A stretch of 59,324 nt of DNA from a virus (lineage: Duplodnaviria; Caudoviricetes): IMG/VR virus record IMGVR_UViG_3300020442_000455, positions 1 through 59,324 of that record. One strand, written 5' to 3'. A program made the position numbers and the translations under genes. Of the stretch, positions 8,431-16,408 are shown in pieces. Positions within the stretch are counted from its first letter, which is position 1. Every line of letters starts with the position of its first letter. The notes below the pieces were generated by a model. It saw only the letters and a list, made by a program, of their open reading frames with translations, did not search any database and was not told the origin of the DNA.

Positions 8431-10083
8431 TCAAGAGAGGTATTCCCACATATACGCACGATCTCCGTATTCGTCCGTATGCCACACTTCTCCCTCTGCA
8501 TCTACGATAACATCAGACCCCAATCCATCATCCATGAATCCGAAAGGTGCCATGTCTTGTTCGATTGCTTCACGCTGATCTTCAAAGATACGTTTCCTAA
8601 TATCATCATCGTGCAGTTCTTTGAAGTAATCAGAGGTAGACAACCATGCAAAAATAACTAGTGACATTGCCAAGTCATCATTACAACCATCCTCTGCTTG
8701 GAACGTCTGCCCCTTTTCAATAAAGGTTGTCAACTCAGAGATGATATCATAGTCTTTGATGATAAGTTTATGTTCCTCAATCAACGCCTTGAGATTGTGG
8801 CATCCTACCTTCTTCACTGCGGTAGACATCTTGACACCCATCTGTGTCTTCTTACCAGAGAATCCTTGACCAACAACTTGACCCGCACGACCCCGCATCG
8901 ATGACATCAATAGGTTCTCATATTCCAAATCAAACTGAATAATATCCGCAACCTGTCCGCCTACATCATTTACTTCAACCAAGATGTACGCATTATTATA
9001 GTTCTTAGCAACATCAATAATAATGTTGGGGAACAGTAGTGGTTTGATTTCGTTATTTCTATATTTTGCTACCAATGTGTATGGTATAGTAGTAGTGTCA
9101 ATAACTACGAAGGCAGAGTAATCCCCAGATACACCCCTAGCAACATCGACAGTAATAACATAATTATGATCAGGTTTCCGATCTTCATATACTGATAGTC
9201 CTTTATTCTGAACAATAGGATCTTCGTAGACCATAGTCCTTAGTATGGTAGGACTGATCAACGTATCAACAGAACCTAGGAATTCACACTCGAACTCAAC
9301 TTTGAACTGTTGTTCTGATGTGTTAGCAATAGTTTGTTCTTTCCACTTGGCATCTCGCCCTGGTACTTCTGACCAATGAACTTCTGTGCTAACGTATTCG
9401 TTCTTACCTCTTTCAGAGTCATGCCACAATTTATAGAACATATTCATCCCGTGTGGCGTAGAGATGATAATAACTTTAGTGGATTTACCAGAAGAGATAG
9501 TAGGATATACAGAGGAGAAGAACTCATCTGCAATGTGATTAGGAACGAACGCAAACTCGTCTAGGAAGATTACGTTGAACGACATACCACGAACAGCAGA
9601 ACTGGACGTAGATGCTGCCATAATTTTAGAACCATTTTCAAGTTCTAGAGATCCTCTGTTCCATTGTACAATACCTTGCTGCAACCACTTCGGTAAGTTT
9701 TCGTAAGATCTTTGTAAACGCTGCAACATTTCACGAGAAGTTGCTGCCTTGTTTGCAAGAATAGCAACGTTTACATTGTCATTGAAGATAACATACCACA
9801 ACAGATATGAGGTAACAATAGTAGACTTACCTGACTGTCGTGGCAGTTTTGCAATATTGAATCTGTTATCATGAAACTTCTCTACCATCTCCTCTTGGAA
9901 ATGATACATGTCAAATGGCACCAGACCTTTGTCCAGTGACACAATCTTCACATAGTTTTTGATGAAGTATACTGGATCATTATAACACTTGGCAAACTCA
10001 GCAATCTGCTCGTTTGTAAATTCAATTGAGGTATTAGCCTTCTTTAGATTGGGATTACCTAGATATACTTCCTGATTACTCAT
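8431..10083 (-). CDS. gp17: Terminase large subunit (gp17)
   Basis: YLGNPNLKK, Walker A PRQSGKST, Walker B IFLDEFAF, coupling motif STPHG, nuclease motifs VDVARG..GDYSAF and NDDLAMSL. Confidence 0.98.
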   Translation of the reverse strand: MSNQEVYLGNPNLKKANTSIEFTNEQIAEFAKCYNDPVYFIKNYVKIVSLDKGLVPFDMYHFQEEMVEKFHDNRFNIAKLPRQSGKSTIVTSYLLWYVIFNDNVNVAILANKAATSREMLQRLQRSYENLPKWLQQGIVQWNRGSLELENGSKIMAASTSSSAVRGMSFNVIFLDEFAFVPNHIADEFFSSVYPTISSGKSTKVIIISTPHGMNMFYKLWHDSERGKNEYVSTEVHWSEVPGRDAKWKEQTIANTSEQQFKVEFECEFLGSVDTLISPTILRTMVYEDPIVQNKGLSVYEDRKPDHNYVITVDVARGVSGDYSAFVVIDTTTIPYTLVAKYRNNEIKPLLFPNIIIDVAKNYNNAYILVEVNDVGGQVADIIQFDLEYENLLMSSMRGRAGQVVGQGFSGKKTQMGVKMSTAVKKVGCHNLKALIEEHKLIIKDYDIISELTTFIEKGQTFQAEDGCNDDLAMSLVIFAWLSTSDYFKELHDDDIRKRIFEDQREAIEQDMAPFGFMDDGLGSDVIVDAEGEVWHTDEYGDRAYMWEYLS

Positions 10084-10538
10084 ACCATCGTACCGTGTGC
10101 TCTACGAATTTCTCGGAGTTCTTCAAAATTTTTCTGCTTAGTGCCACCATCATATGCCCAAGCATAACCTTCTTCGATCATTGCTTCGTTGAGGGACACA
10201 TCTGCGTCCCCAATGTATAACCAACCAAGAAGACGGCCATACTTGCCGACACCGCCGACAAGTTCAGTACGGATAACAAGATCATCGTCACCAGCCACCG
10301 CTCCTTCCAGTTTCTCCTTGAGCCAGTTGGTTGCTTCAATGCCTAACTCCTTTTCTTCAAGGTCTCTAGTTCTTTTCTCTGGCGTATCAACTCCTGCAAC
10401 TCTAACTCTTTCTTTCTTGTATAGGTCAAACCCAAGATCAATGGTGACATCAATAGTATCACCGTCAAGAACACGATTGATCTCCGTCACTCGGAAGGTG
10501 TAACAACTCTTCCTGCTTGGTGGTGTCATCGCTCCCAT
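10080..10538 (-). CDS. Staphylococcal nuclease (SNase/thermonuclease)-like endonuclease
   Basis: RVLDGDTIDV, RVRVAGVDTPE, KYGRLLG and NEAMIEEGYAWAYDG match the SNase catalytic pattern. ATGA overlap with the gp17 start. Confidence 0.85.
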   Translation of the reverse strand: MGAMTPPSRKSCYTFRVTEINRVLDGDTIDVTIDLGFDLYKKERVRVAGVDTPEKRTRDLEEKELGIEATNWLKEKLEGAVAGDDDLVIRTELVGGVGKYGRLLGWLYIGDADVSLNEAMIEEGYAWAYDGGTKQKNFEELREIRRAHGTMV

Positions 10539-10674
10539 CTTCTAACTCCTTGAATGCTAAGCTCATAATGGTATATATGTAATAAGTAACACCCGCTAGA
10601 AGGATGATGAGACACCAGATGATAGACCAGGTGACATCATTTACATCTTCTAACGGGCGTAGAAATAAATTCAT
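10465..10674 (-). CDS. Hypothetical protein with one predicted transmembrane segment
   Basis: 69 aa with hydrophobic stretch WSIIWCLIILLAGVTYYIYTIM; ATGA coupling with the upstream ORF. Confidence 0.6.
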   Translation of the reverse strand: MNLFLRPLEDVNDVTWSIIWCLIILLAGVTYYIYTIMSLAFKELEDGSDDTTKQEELLHLPSDGDQSCS

Positions 10675-10880
10675 GAGTTGTGGAACTTATCTTCGAGAAT
10701 CATTCTATATAGAGATTCTCTCAAATATCTTAGATGTTCTTGTTCATCTACAGGTCTGGCGGGAGCACCAGGCCAATTTTTGAAAGTTTCTTGTACACAA
10801 TGATGGAGTAGATGTATATCCTCCATCCTTAGTTTGACTTCGTAGTCAAAGTCAATATGTGGTTGGTCTTCTTCGTTCAT
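10671..10880 (-). CDS. Hypothetical protein
   Basis: 69 aa with 4-bp ATGA overlaps at both ends; contains WPGAPARP. Confidence 0.7.
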   Translation of the reverse strand: MNEEDQPHIDFDYEVKLRMEDIHLLHHCVQETFKNWPGAPARPVDEQEHLRYLRESLYRMILEDKFHNS

Positions 10881-11023
10881 GGGTTGTTGGGGTCGATTCC
10901 TAAACTTTTCAGATAATCAGTCCACCATTGAGGATCTTTCTCACATTTCCAATTAGGGACAGGTTCTCCTCTTTCAGAGTAATACTCCTCAAGAGCATCA
11001 TCTATAATCTGTGCGATCTCCAT
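10877..11023 (-). CDS. Hypothetical protein (MEIAQIIDDALEEYY...)
   Basis: Same frame as ORF 10877..11119. The ATG at 11023 follows GAGGAGGAAGAGGA and minimises overlap with the upstream ORF. Confidence 0.6.
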   Translation of the reverse strand: MEIAQIIDDALEEYYSERGEPVPNWKCEKDPQWWTDYLKSLGIDPNNP

Positions 11024-11207
11024 ATTCCTCTTCCTCCTCATCAACATCCTCATATGGGTTTGCCACAAAGGGTCCTCGTTTGCGTAAAGGTTCTTTTCTG
11101 ACATAATCCTGTTCAGCATTTACGGCAGATATCCATACGGCAAGTTTCATTACTATCCATATTACAGCAATCGGTGAGAGGCACAACAGTAACTTATATG
11201 TCATCAT
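10998..11207 (-). CDS. Hypothetical protein, N-terminal membrane anchor and acidic tail
   Basis: 69 aa with LLLCLSPIAVIWIVMKLAVWI; GGAGG RBS just upstream. Confidence 0.65.
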   Translation of the reverse strand: MMTYKLLLCLSPIAVIWIVMKLAVWISAVNAEQDYVRKEPLRKRGPFVANPYEDVDEEEEEYGDRTDYR

Positions 11208-11322
11208 CGTCCTCCCAATATCCGTCGAAAGGTTCTTGCATCAATTCTCTGTGTTTCAAAAAATTCATTGCTTGGCGGAGAAGACGCTCATCTTCTTCCG
11301 TGAACTTTTCTTCCTGCTCCAT
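11194..11322 (-). CDS. Hypothetical 42-aa acidic protein (below the ORF-track cutoff)
   Basis: Translated by hand: MEQEEKFTEEDERLLRQAMNFLKHRELMQEPFDGYWEDDDDI*. It fills the gap between two minus-strand ORFs. Confidence 0.6.
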   Translation of the reverse strand: MEQEEKFTEEDERLLRQAMNFLKHRELMQEPFDGYWEDDDDI

Positions 11323-11325
11323 CTA

Positions 11326-11580
11326 TTACAGACCAGGAACACCAGGCATTCCTTGACCAGTAGGCATAGCGCCACCAGTTACTTCAGGGATCTCAGGCAT
11401 TGCCGAGTCAATCATACCAGGAAGAGCACCAGCAATTGCTTCTGCTGCTGCCTTAGCAACACGCTCTTTGACACTCTCAGTGATAGCATCGCGACGGAGA
11501 TAAACAACTGTCCCTCCACCAATGATGCTTGCTGTGCCTAAGAATGATACTATTGCTAGTACATTTATAATTTTTTGCAT
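11326..11580 (-). CDS. Hypothetical protein with N-terminal hydrophobic segment
   Basis: 84 aa starting MQKIINVLAIVSFLGTASIIGGG with a Pro/Gly/Met-rich tail; TAATG overlap with the upstream ORF. Confidence 0.7.
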   Translation of the reverse strand: MQKIINVLAIVSFLGTASIIGGGTVVYLRRDAITESVKERVAKAAAEAIAGALPGMIDSAMPEIPEVTGGAMPTGQGMPGVPGL

Positions 11581-11858
11581 TATTCTACTCCGAATTCTGA
11601 ACTGTATCTATCTAGCATTTGGTCAAATCCATCTAGTGATTCCAAACGCTTCGCCCAGGTATCACCTGAGTCTGATCCTTTACATGGGTTGATACATGTA
11701 TGGTCTCCTAATTTATTACATACAAGACCTGCAAGATCATGAGGGTCGCCCTCTTTACCTGTACCACTCCAATAGTGTTGACCATTCAACCATATTGCGC
11801 CGCATTTCGGACATTCCTTCCTATCCAAAGATAAGTCGGACAGTTCTTTGTCAGCCAT
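11580..11858 (-). CDS. Hypothetical Cys-rich protein (possible metal binding)
   Basis: 92 aa with CPKCGAIWLNGQHYWSGTG...DLAGLVCNK...CINPC. Confidence 0.75.
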   Translation of the reverse strand: MADKELSDLSLDRKECPKCGAIWLNGQHYWSGTGKEGDPHDLAGLVCNKLGDHTCINPCKGSDSGDTWAKRLESLDGFDQMLDRYSSEFGVE

Positions 11859-12075
11859 TGTGGGGTTTCTCCTTTGGGAAAACGTGTGCTATGAAGGGTG
11901 TTACGGGAACACCTATACTCTTTTCGAGTTTCCTTCGCAGTGGATACATTCTAACACGAGTCCAACGATATCTTAGTTCGAGATCTAGATATGCGAACAA
12001 TCTCATCGTATTGTCAACCCCTGCATAAGCGAGGAGGAAGACAAATACGATGAGTACCAGATAGAATCCTATCAT
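11851..12075 (-). CDS. Hypothetical protein with N-terminal membrane anchor
   Basis: 74 aa; MIGFYLVLIVFVFLLAYAG followed by a basic region. Confidence 0.6.
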   Translation of the reverse strand: MIGFYLVLIVFVFLLAYAGVDNTMRLFAYLDLELRYRWTRVRMYPLRRKLEKSIGVPVTPFIAHVFPKEKPHNG

Positions 12076-12153
12076 AAGAATGCATCAACTTGATACAGTA
12101 TAACTACTATCTAGGTAAAATGGTGTATACTGTTGTTACAAATTGTTGAGATG

Positions 12154-12633
12154 TCAACAATTCCATGCCCGCAAAGACTTATTGATCCTGCTATCGGGAT
12201 CACTTGCAGTCTTTTTGGATGTCAATTTCTTTTTCATCCCTTTCATTCTAGCGCAGAAGGATGCGCGACGGGGATTTCCAACCTTCTTGCTAGGTGCTTT
12301 GAGGTCAGATCCTGGATTCTCCTTTTCGTAAGACTTTCGTCCTTTCTCATTGAGTCCACCTTCTGAGTTCTTGCCTGATTTTTTTGTCCAGGCTGCTCCT
12401 TCTTCGACATGTGTGTTTTCGCGTAGATCAGCGCACGATGTCACGAACTCCTCGTATGTTTTCTTTTTCATAGGGAGACCTTTGTGTTTTGTTTTAGCGA
12501 AATCTCTGGCGTCAGCTTTGGAGATGGAGGAAGCAACTTTGGCAACCTCAGGCGAGGGATTTTCCATTTCCCCTTTCTGAGTCGCTCTAACCATCCCAAA
12601 GAAGCGTTGTTGTTTTTTGGATACTGCTGGCAT
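12154..12633 (-). CDS. Basic hypothetical protein (DUF6321-like C-terminal part), possibly an internal virion protein
   Basis: 159 aa, Lys-rich; AAWTKKSGKNSEGGLNEKGRKSY...RRASFCARMKG...DPDSRINKSLRAWNC. Family name recalled, not searched. Confidence 0.7.
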   Translation of the reverse strand: MPAVSKKQQRFFGMVRATQKGEMENPSPEVAKVASSISKADARDFAKTKHKGLPMKKKTYEEFVTSCADLRENTHVEEGAAWTKKSGKNSEGGLNEKGRKSYEKENPGSDLKAPSKKVGNPRRASFCARMKGMKKKLTSKKTASDPDSRINKSLRAWNC

Positions 12634-12637
12634 GGCA

Positions 12638-13174
12638 TTAGCCTACAATCTCGATCTCTTCGACCGTGATAGCGCCAGAACCTGCAGTAATCTTCACTGC
12701 TCGTTTTACCACTGCTTGATTGCCACTGTAAGCGTATGTATAGTCTGCGGATGCTCCAGAGGAATCAACGTCAGTAGTGATTGTAGTACCAGTAGATGCT
12801 GTTATCTTCTTACCTGCCGTGCCAGCAGATAGGAAGTTACTGTCAATGGCAGGACTTGTGCTGTCATCTTCTACTGCAATAAAGTCTCCTGTAGAGAACG
12901 GGTGTTGGCTCCCAGTCTGTTGGAGGTGCTGCCCAAGAGTATATACAGCAGTAGCAGAATCTGTTGCTTTTACAATTCTTGCTTGACCAACTTTAGCGCC
13001 CGACTTCAGCAAAAGTGCTTCGTCTTGAATGATTTTGATGGCAGGACCGTCATTGAAGGATACGGTGCTGTCAGCAGCAAGGGCAACTACACGGTAGTAT
13101 CCAGTCTTTACAACCTGGTATTCAGTAGCGCCGCCAGCGATATCGTTGGTGTTCAGAACATTGATAACTGTCAT
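12638..13174 (-). CDS. Hypothetical late protein, likely virion structural
   Basis: 178 aa, Ala/Thr/Gly/Val-rich beta-type composition, directly downstream of a late promoter at 13198-13205. Confidence 0.75.
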   Translation of the reverse strand: MTVINVLNTNDIAGGATEYQVVKTGYYRVVALAADSTVSFNDGPAIKIIQDEALLLKSGAKVGQARIVKATDSATAVYTLGQHLQQTGSQHPFSTGDFIAVEDDSTSPAIDSNFLSAGTAGKKITASTGTTITTDVDSSGASADYTYAYSGNQAVVKRAVKITAGSGAITVEEIEIVG

Positions 13175-13180
13175 GTCTAG

Positions 13181-13603
13181 TTAGTTTGAATCTGTATTAT
13201 TTATATCCTTTTGCTGTTTTAGTAGTTTTTGTAGTTCTGCTGTACTACCAACAAAGAGTGCATTGGTAGTATTTTGTGTTACTTTCTTCTCTTCAGCGTC
13301 GAGATCCTTCATCTTTTTTTGAAGGTCAATCAACTTATCTGCTGTATCTGCTACGTTTTTGATGAGTTGGCCAGCAACCTCATAAGCACGAGGATGATCT
13401 GACGATCGTGCCACATCAAGTATTCCATCGACTGCTTCCTGCCCTTTCATAACTAGGTTATGTAGTTGGGCACGAGTTACTTCATAGTCTTGTTTTACAT
13501 CCTGGGTTTCGCTTTTCTTCAGCTTAGGTTTCTCAGACTCATACTTTTGAAGTTCTGAAGGTTCTGCGCCAAAGGCATCATTTAGTCCATCGAATGCGCT
13601 CAT
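13181..13603 (-). CDS. gp16: Terminase small subunit (gp16)
   Basis: DYEVTRAQL, SDHPRAYEVAGQLIK and NALFVGSTAELQK; follows gp15. Confidence 0.95.
   Translation of the reverse strand: MSAFDGLNDAFGAEPSELQKYESEKPKLKKSETQDVKQDYEVTRAQLHNLVMKGQEAVDGILDVARSSDHPRAYEVAGQLIKNVADTADKLIDLQKKMKDLDAEEKKVTQNTTNALFVGSTAELQKLLKQQKDINNTDSN
13198..13205 (-). promoter_or_regulatory. Late promoter TATAAATA within the 3' end of gp16
   Basis: Exact consensus 24 nt upstream of the ATG at 13174. Confidence 0.75.
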
Positions 13604-14436
13604 GTAATCTCCTCGTCAACGCCTGTAGTTGGGTTACGCTTCTTCATATCTGTGAATTCTGCGTACATTTCATTGAATCCAAAATCATCATCAGGATCGA
13701 CGAATGGATCATCTGCTGCTGTAACCGCACCATCTTGGTTGTAGTCAACTGTTGCCTTAGGTGTAGCCTTGTATCGTGTAACACGAGGTGCTGTAACCGT
13801 ATCCACCTTGGCGTATGTATCCACAATGGATTGCTTGATAGGTTGAGCATCCAGTACAGGACCGTAAAGGTAACTCTTGACAGTAAATTGTAGTGTATAT
13901 ACGATAGCGCGACGTGTTGCGAAATTGCCTTCGTAGATATCTTCGTAGTTGATACTGTTTAGCGTGATGGGAATATCACGAATTTCTTCAATAGACTCAA
14001 CTAGTTTGAGTGTGAGATTGAAATGTGGTTGGAAGAATGGTAGAATCTGTTCAAGAATTTGTAATGAGTCATCCTGTGTCTTAGCAATAACACTCAGCGT
14101 GAAACTAAGATTATATGGTACAGGCATAAATGCTGTCTTATGACCCGTGTCACCACCAGTAGGAATATTGATCTTATTAGTAGGAGCAACCTTTCTGCTA
14201 GAGTCATACTCTACAGCACCCATTTCAAATGAAACTCTAGGTAGAGTAATTTGAACCCGTTTGTTAGTAGGGTCTGCATTTTGTTCTAGTCTTGCTAGAA
14301 ACTTATCAGTAGGACCGTAGGCAAGAGGCACTTTCATAACCTCATTGTCACGTCTCAGTTCGATGTTATTGAACAACGTACCGAAAGCAATGACAGTCTT
14401 ACGAATAATTTGATGGTAAAAATATGTGCCTAACAT
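13600..14436 (-). CDS. gp15: Tail sheath stabiliser / tail terminator (gp15)
   Basis: YFYHQIIRKTVIAFGTLFNNI, KVPLAYGP, LPRVSFE, PVPYNLSF and QILEQILPFFQP. Confidence 0.96.
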   Translation of the reverse strand: MLGTYFYHQIIRKTVIAFGTLFNNIELRRDNEVMKVPLAYGPTDKFLARLEQNADPTNKRVQITLPRVSFEMGAVEYDSSRKVAPTNKINIPTGGDTGHKTAFMPVPYNLSFTLSVIAKTQDDSLQILEQILPFFQPHFNLTLKLVESIEEIRDIPITLNSINYEDIYEGNFATRRAIVYTLQFTVKSYLYGPVLDAQPIKQSIVDTYAKVDTVTAPRVTRYKATPKATVDYNQDGAVTAADDPFVDPDDDFGFNEMYAEFTDMKKRNPTTGVDEEIT

Positions 14437-15599
14437 TAGAACGTATCAACTGTTGAACCTGCTTGACCGAAGGGATTACCTTCAGTCCAATCAATAATAT
14501 CATCGTCCAGAGTCTCAAAAGTAGAGTTCTGATCGTATGTACTATTCGTATTATTTAGAGTGTTATAGGACTCAGGACTCCAGAGAGCACCAGATGTCTG
14601 TCCCTGGAGGTATTCTGCCAGAGTAAATGTACCAGAGCGATTGATGATCTCAAGTGCTCTAGTTGCATTATCCCAAGACTTGACCTCTGCATGAATATCC
14701 TTAGGAGACTCTTGGATAGTTACGGTAGGTGCTGAGGTGTAACCAGATCCACCTGCAGTAACTGTAAATCCAGTTACTAGACCAGCATCACTGACTGTGG
14801 CAGTTGCAGTAGCACCTGTTCCGCCACCACCAGAAATGGTAACAGTAGGTGGTAGTGCAGACTTATAGTATTGTCCACCACTAGTAGCGGTCAGAGAAGA
14901 CACAGCATCGCCAGTAATAGCAGCAGTAGCAGTAGCGGTGTAAAGATTACCAATAATGGTTTCACCAACAGAAAAATCACCAGACCCACCAGGATCCATA
15001 ACCAATTTGATGCTGTTAGCAAATGCGGTTTCCACAGCATCAATAGCAGCAACACCAGTATCAATAGACTCATCACTGTATTCAAAGAGTTCACATTGCA
15101 TTTCCCAGACGTAACCCTTTCCTAGTTGATAGAAAGGACGCTCTGCCTCAACAAACTTGATCTCAAAGAGATGTTTGGTGACTGGGAACCAGATTAGATC
15201 TCCCTCATTGGGACGACCTTCTACAGCCAGTGTAACATTGTCGTCAACTTTTTCTGTAAATTTTTTACGGGAGATAACAAAAGTTGTTTTGTCTTCGATG
15301 CGGATTCCAAACTTGCTAAGTAGTTCGCCTTGTCCTTCCCATCCCTCAACATTATTGACATATGCTCGGCATTGGTAGGCGGAATCAAAAGAAGACTCTT
15401 GAATTTCATTGAGTACATCATCGGAGGTAACACGGGTCCTAGGTACATAATAGATGTCCTGCCCGTAAATTTCAATAGATTCGACGATAAGATTCTCAAA
15501 GAACACCTGCTCCTGGTCAGAACCATTGATGTTGATCCGACAGGAACTATTGTAGTCCGACTGTATGCAGTTGTTGGCAGGTGAATTTGAGTATGTCAT
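14436..15599 (-). CDS. gp14: Neck protein (gp14) with a Gly-rich insertion
   Basis: LIVESIEIYGQDIYYVPR, LLSKFGI, RPNEGDLIWFP, LFEIKFVE, FYQLGK, CELFEYSDE and EGNPFG. Confidence 0.95.
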   Translation of the reverse strand: MTYSNSPANNCIQSDYNSSCRININGSDQEQVFFENLIVESIEIYGQDIYYVPRTRVTSDDVLNEIQESSFDSAYQCRAYVNNVEGWEGQGELLSKFGIRIEDKTTFVISRKKFTEKVDDNVTLAVEGRPNEGDLIWFPVTKHLFEIKFVEAERPFYQLGKGYVWEMQCELFEYSDESIDTGVAAIDAVETAFANSIKLVMDPGGSGDFSVGETIIGNLYTATATAAITGDAVSSLTATSGGQYYKSALPPTVTISGGGGTGATATATVSDAGLVTGFTVTAGGSGYTSAPTVTIQESPKDIHAEVKSWDNATRALEIINRSGTFTLAEYLQGQTSGALWSPESYNTLNNTNSTYDQNSTFETLDDDIIDWTEGNPFGQAGSTVDTF

Positions 15600-16402
15600 C
15601 CGACGAGATCCATTGGAGGTAGTTCATATCTGCTATGGAGTTCCTGAATAAGGACCTCCTTCTTATTACGACCGTCTTCTAGAATTTGACGACCGTTTAG
15701 TGTGACGCCACCCAGCATTTGGACGCCATCATACTTACTTAGGTTTTGACCCCACTGCTGCTGGAACAGTGCTTCGGTATAACCTTTCAACCATTCATTA
15801 TTATATGCGCCAGTGTGTACTTCTGGATCAACACCAAACGAACCATCAACCAGAATGTATTGACCTACTTGTAGTTCAGTCCAGTCAAAATCTAGATGTA
15901 GTCTGTTTTCATGAATGGTCCATCTCACTCTACGATTCTGAGAGGAGTTGGTAACCCAGTCCAGAGTCTCAAGATATTGAGATGTCATATAGTAATGTAG
16001 GATCTGACCATGAGTGAAATTGTAGATATCATTCAGGAAGATCTGATACTTGATATTGAAAATATTACCAGGAACTACACTGCTAGGTCCAACGCTTGTA
16101 TAGACATGATTGATACCCAGAGTGTTGGGTGGCATATCAATATAGTTGTCAAGTTTTGACCAGTTAGTACCAGAAATTGCCGAAGAACTAGACGCTGCGG
16201 TCTTCATTGCTTCAGTAACTTCGATCCGTACAAAGTTTTGGGAAGAACCTTCATAGTGAAACTCTTGCCAATGATAGATCGCCTCTTGGATCAGGTCATC
16301 TAGTTGCTCATCGCATACGTTGATGTCGATTGCGGGATAACCTAATCTACGAAGGCAGTAATTTTTTAGTTCTGTTGCCGAAGCAGGTCTAGTTGCTGAC
16401 AT
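15596..16402 (-). CDS. gp13: Neck protein (gp13)
   Basis: LKNYCLRRLGYPAIDINVCDEQLDDLI and QWGQNLSKYDGVQMLGGVTLNG. Confidence 0.96.
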   Translation of the reverse strand: MSATRPASATELKNYCLRRLGYPAIDINVCDEQLDDLIQEAIYHWQEFHYEGSSQNFVRIEVTEAMKTAASSSSAISGTNWSKLDNYIDMPPNTLGINHVYTSVGPSSVVPGNIFNIKYQIFLNDIYNFTHGQILHYYMTSQYLETLDWVTNSSQNRRVRWTIHENRLHLDFDWTELQVGQYILVDGSFGVDPEVHTGAYNNEWLKGYTEALFQQQWGQNLSKYDGVQMLGGVTLNGRQILEDGRNKKEVLIQELHSRYELPPMDLVG

Positions 16403-16408
16403 TTTTTA

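Noticed and set aside
98-10083. Introns, inteins or homing endonucleases in gp17, gp20 or gp23
   Set aside because: The ORFs are continuous and of normal length; no splice motifs or HNH/GIY-YIG/LAGLIDADG ORFs were seen.
11024-11119. Extended N-terminus of ORF 10877..11119
   Set aside because: It overlaps the upstream ORF extensively, and a better RBS precedes the ATG at 11023.
12124-12140. NtcA-like palindrome TGTA...TACA
   Set aside because: Spacing is GTA-N9-TAC rather than the N8 consensus, and no well-placed -10 box is evident.
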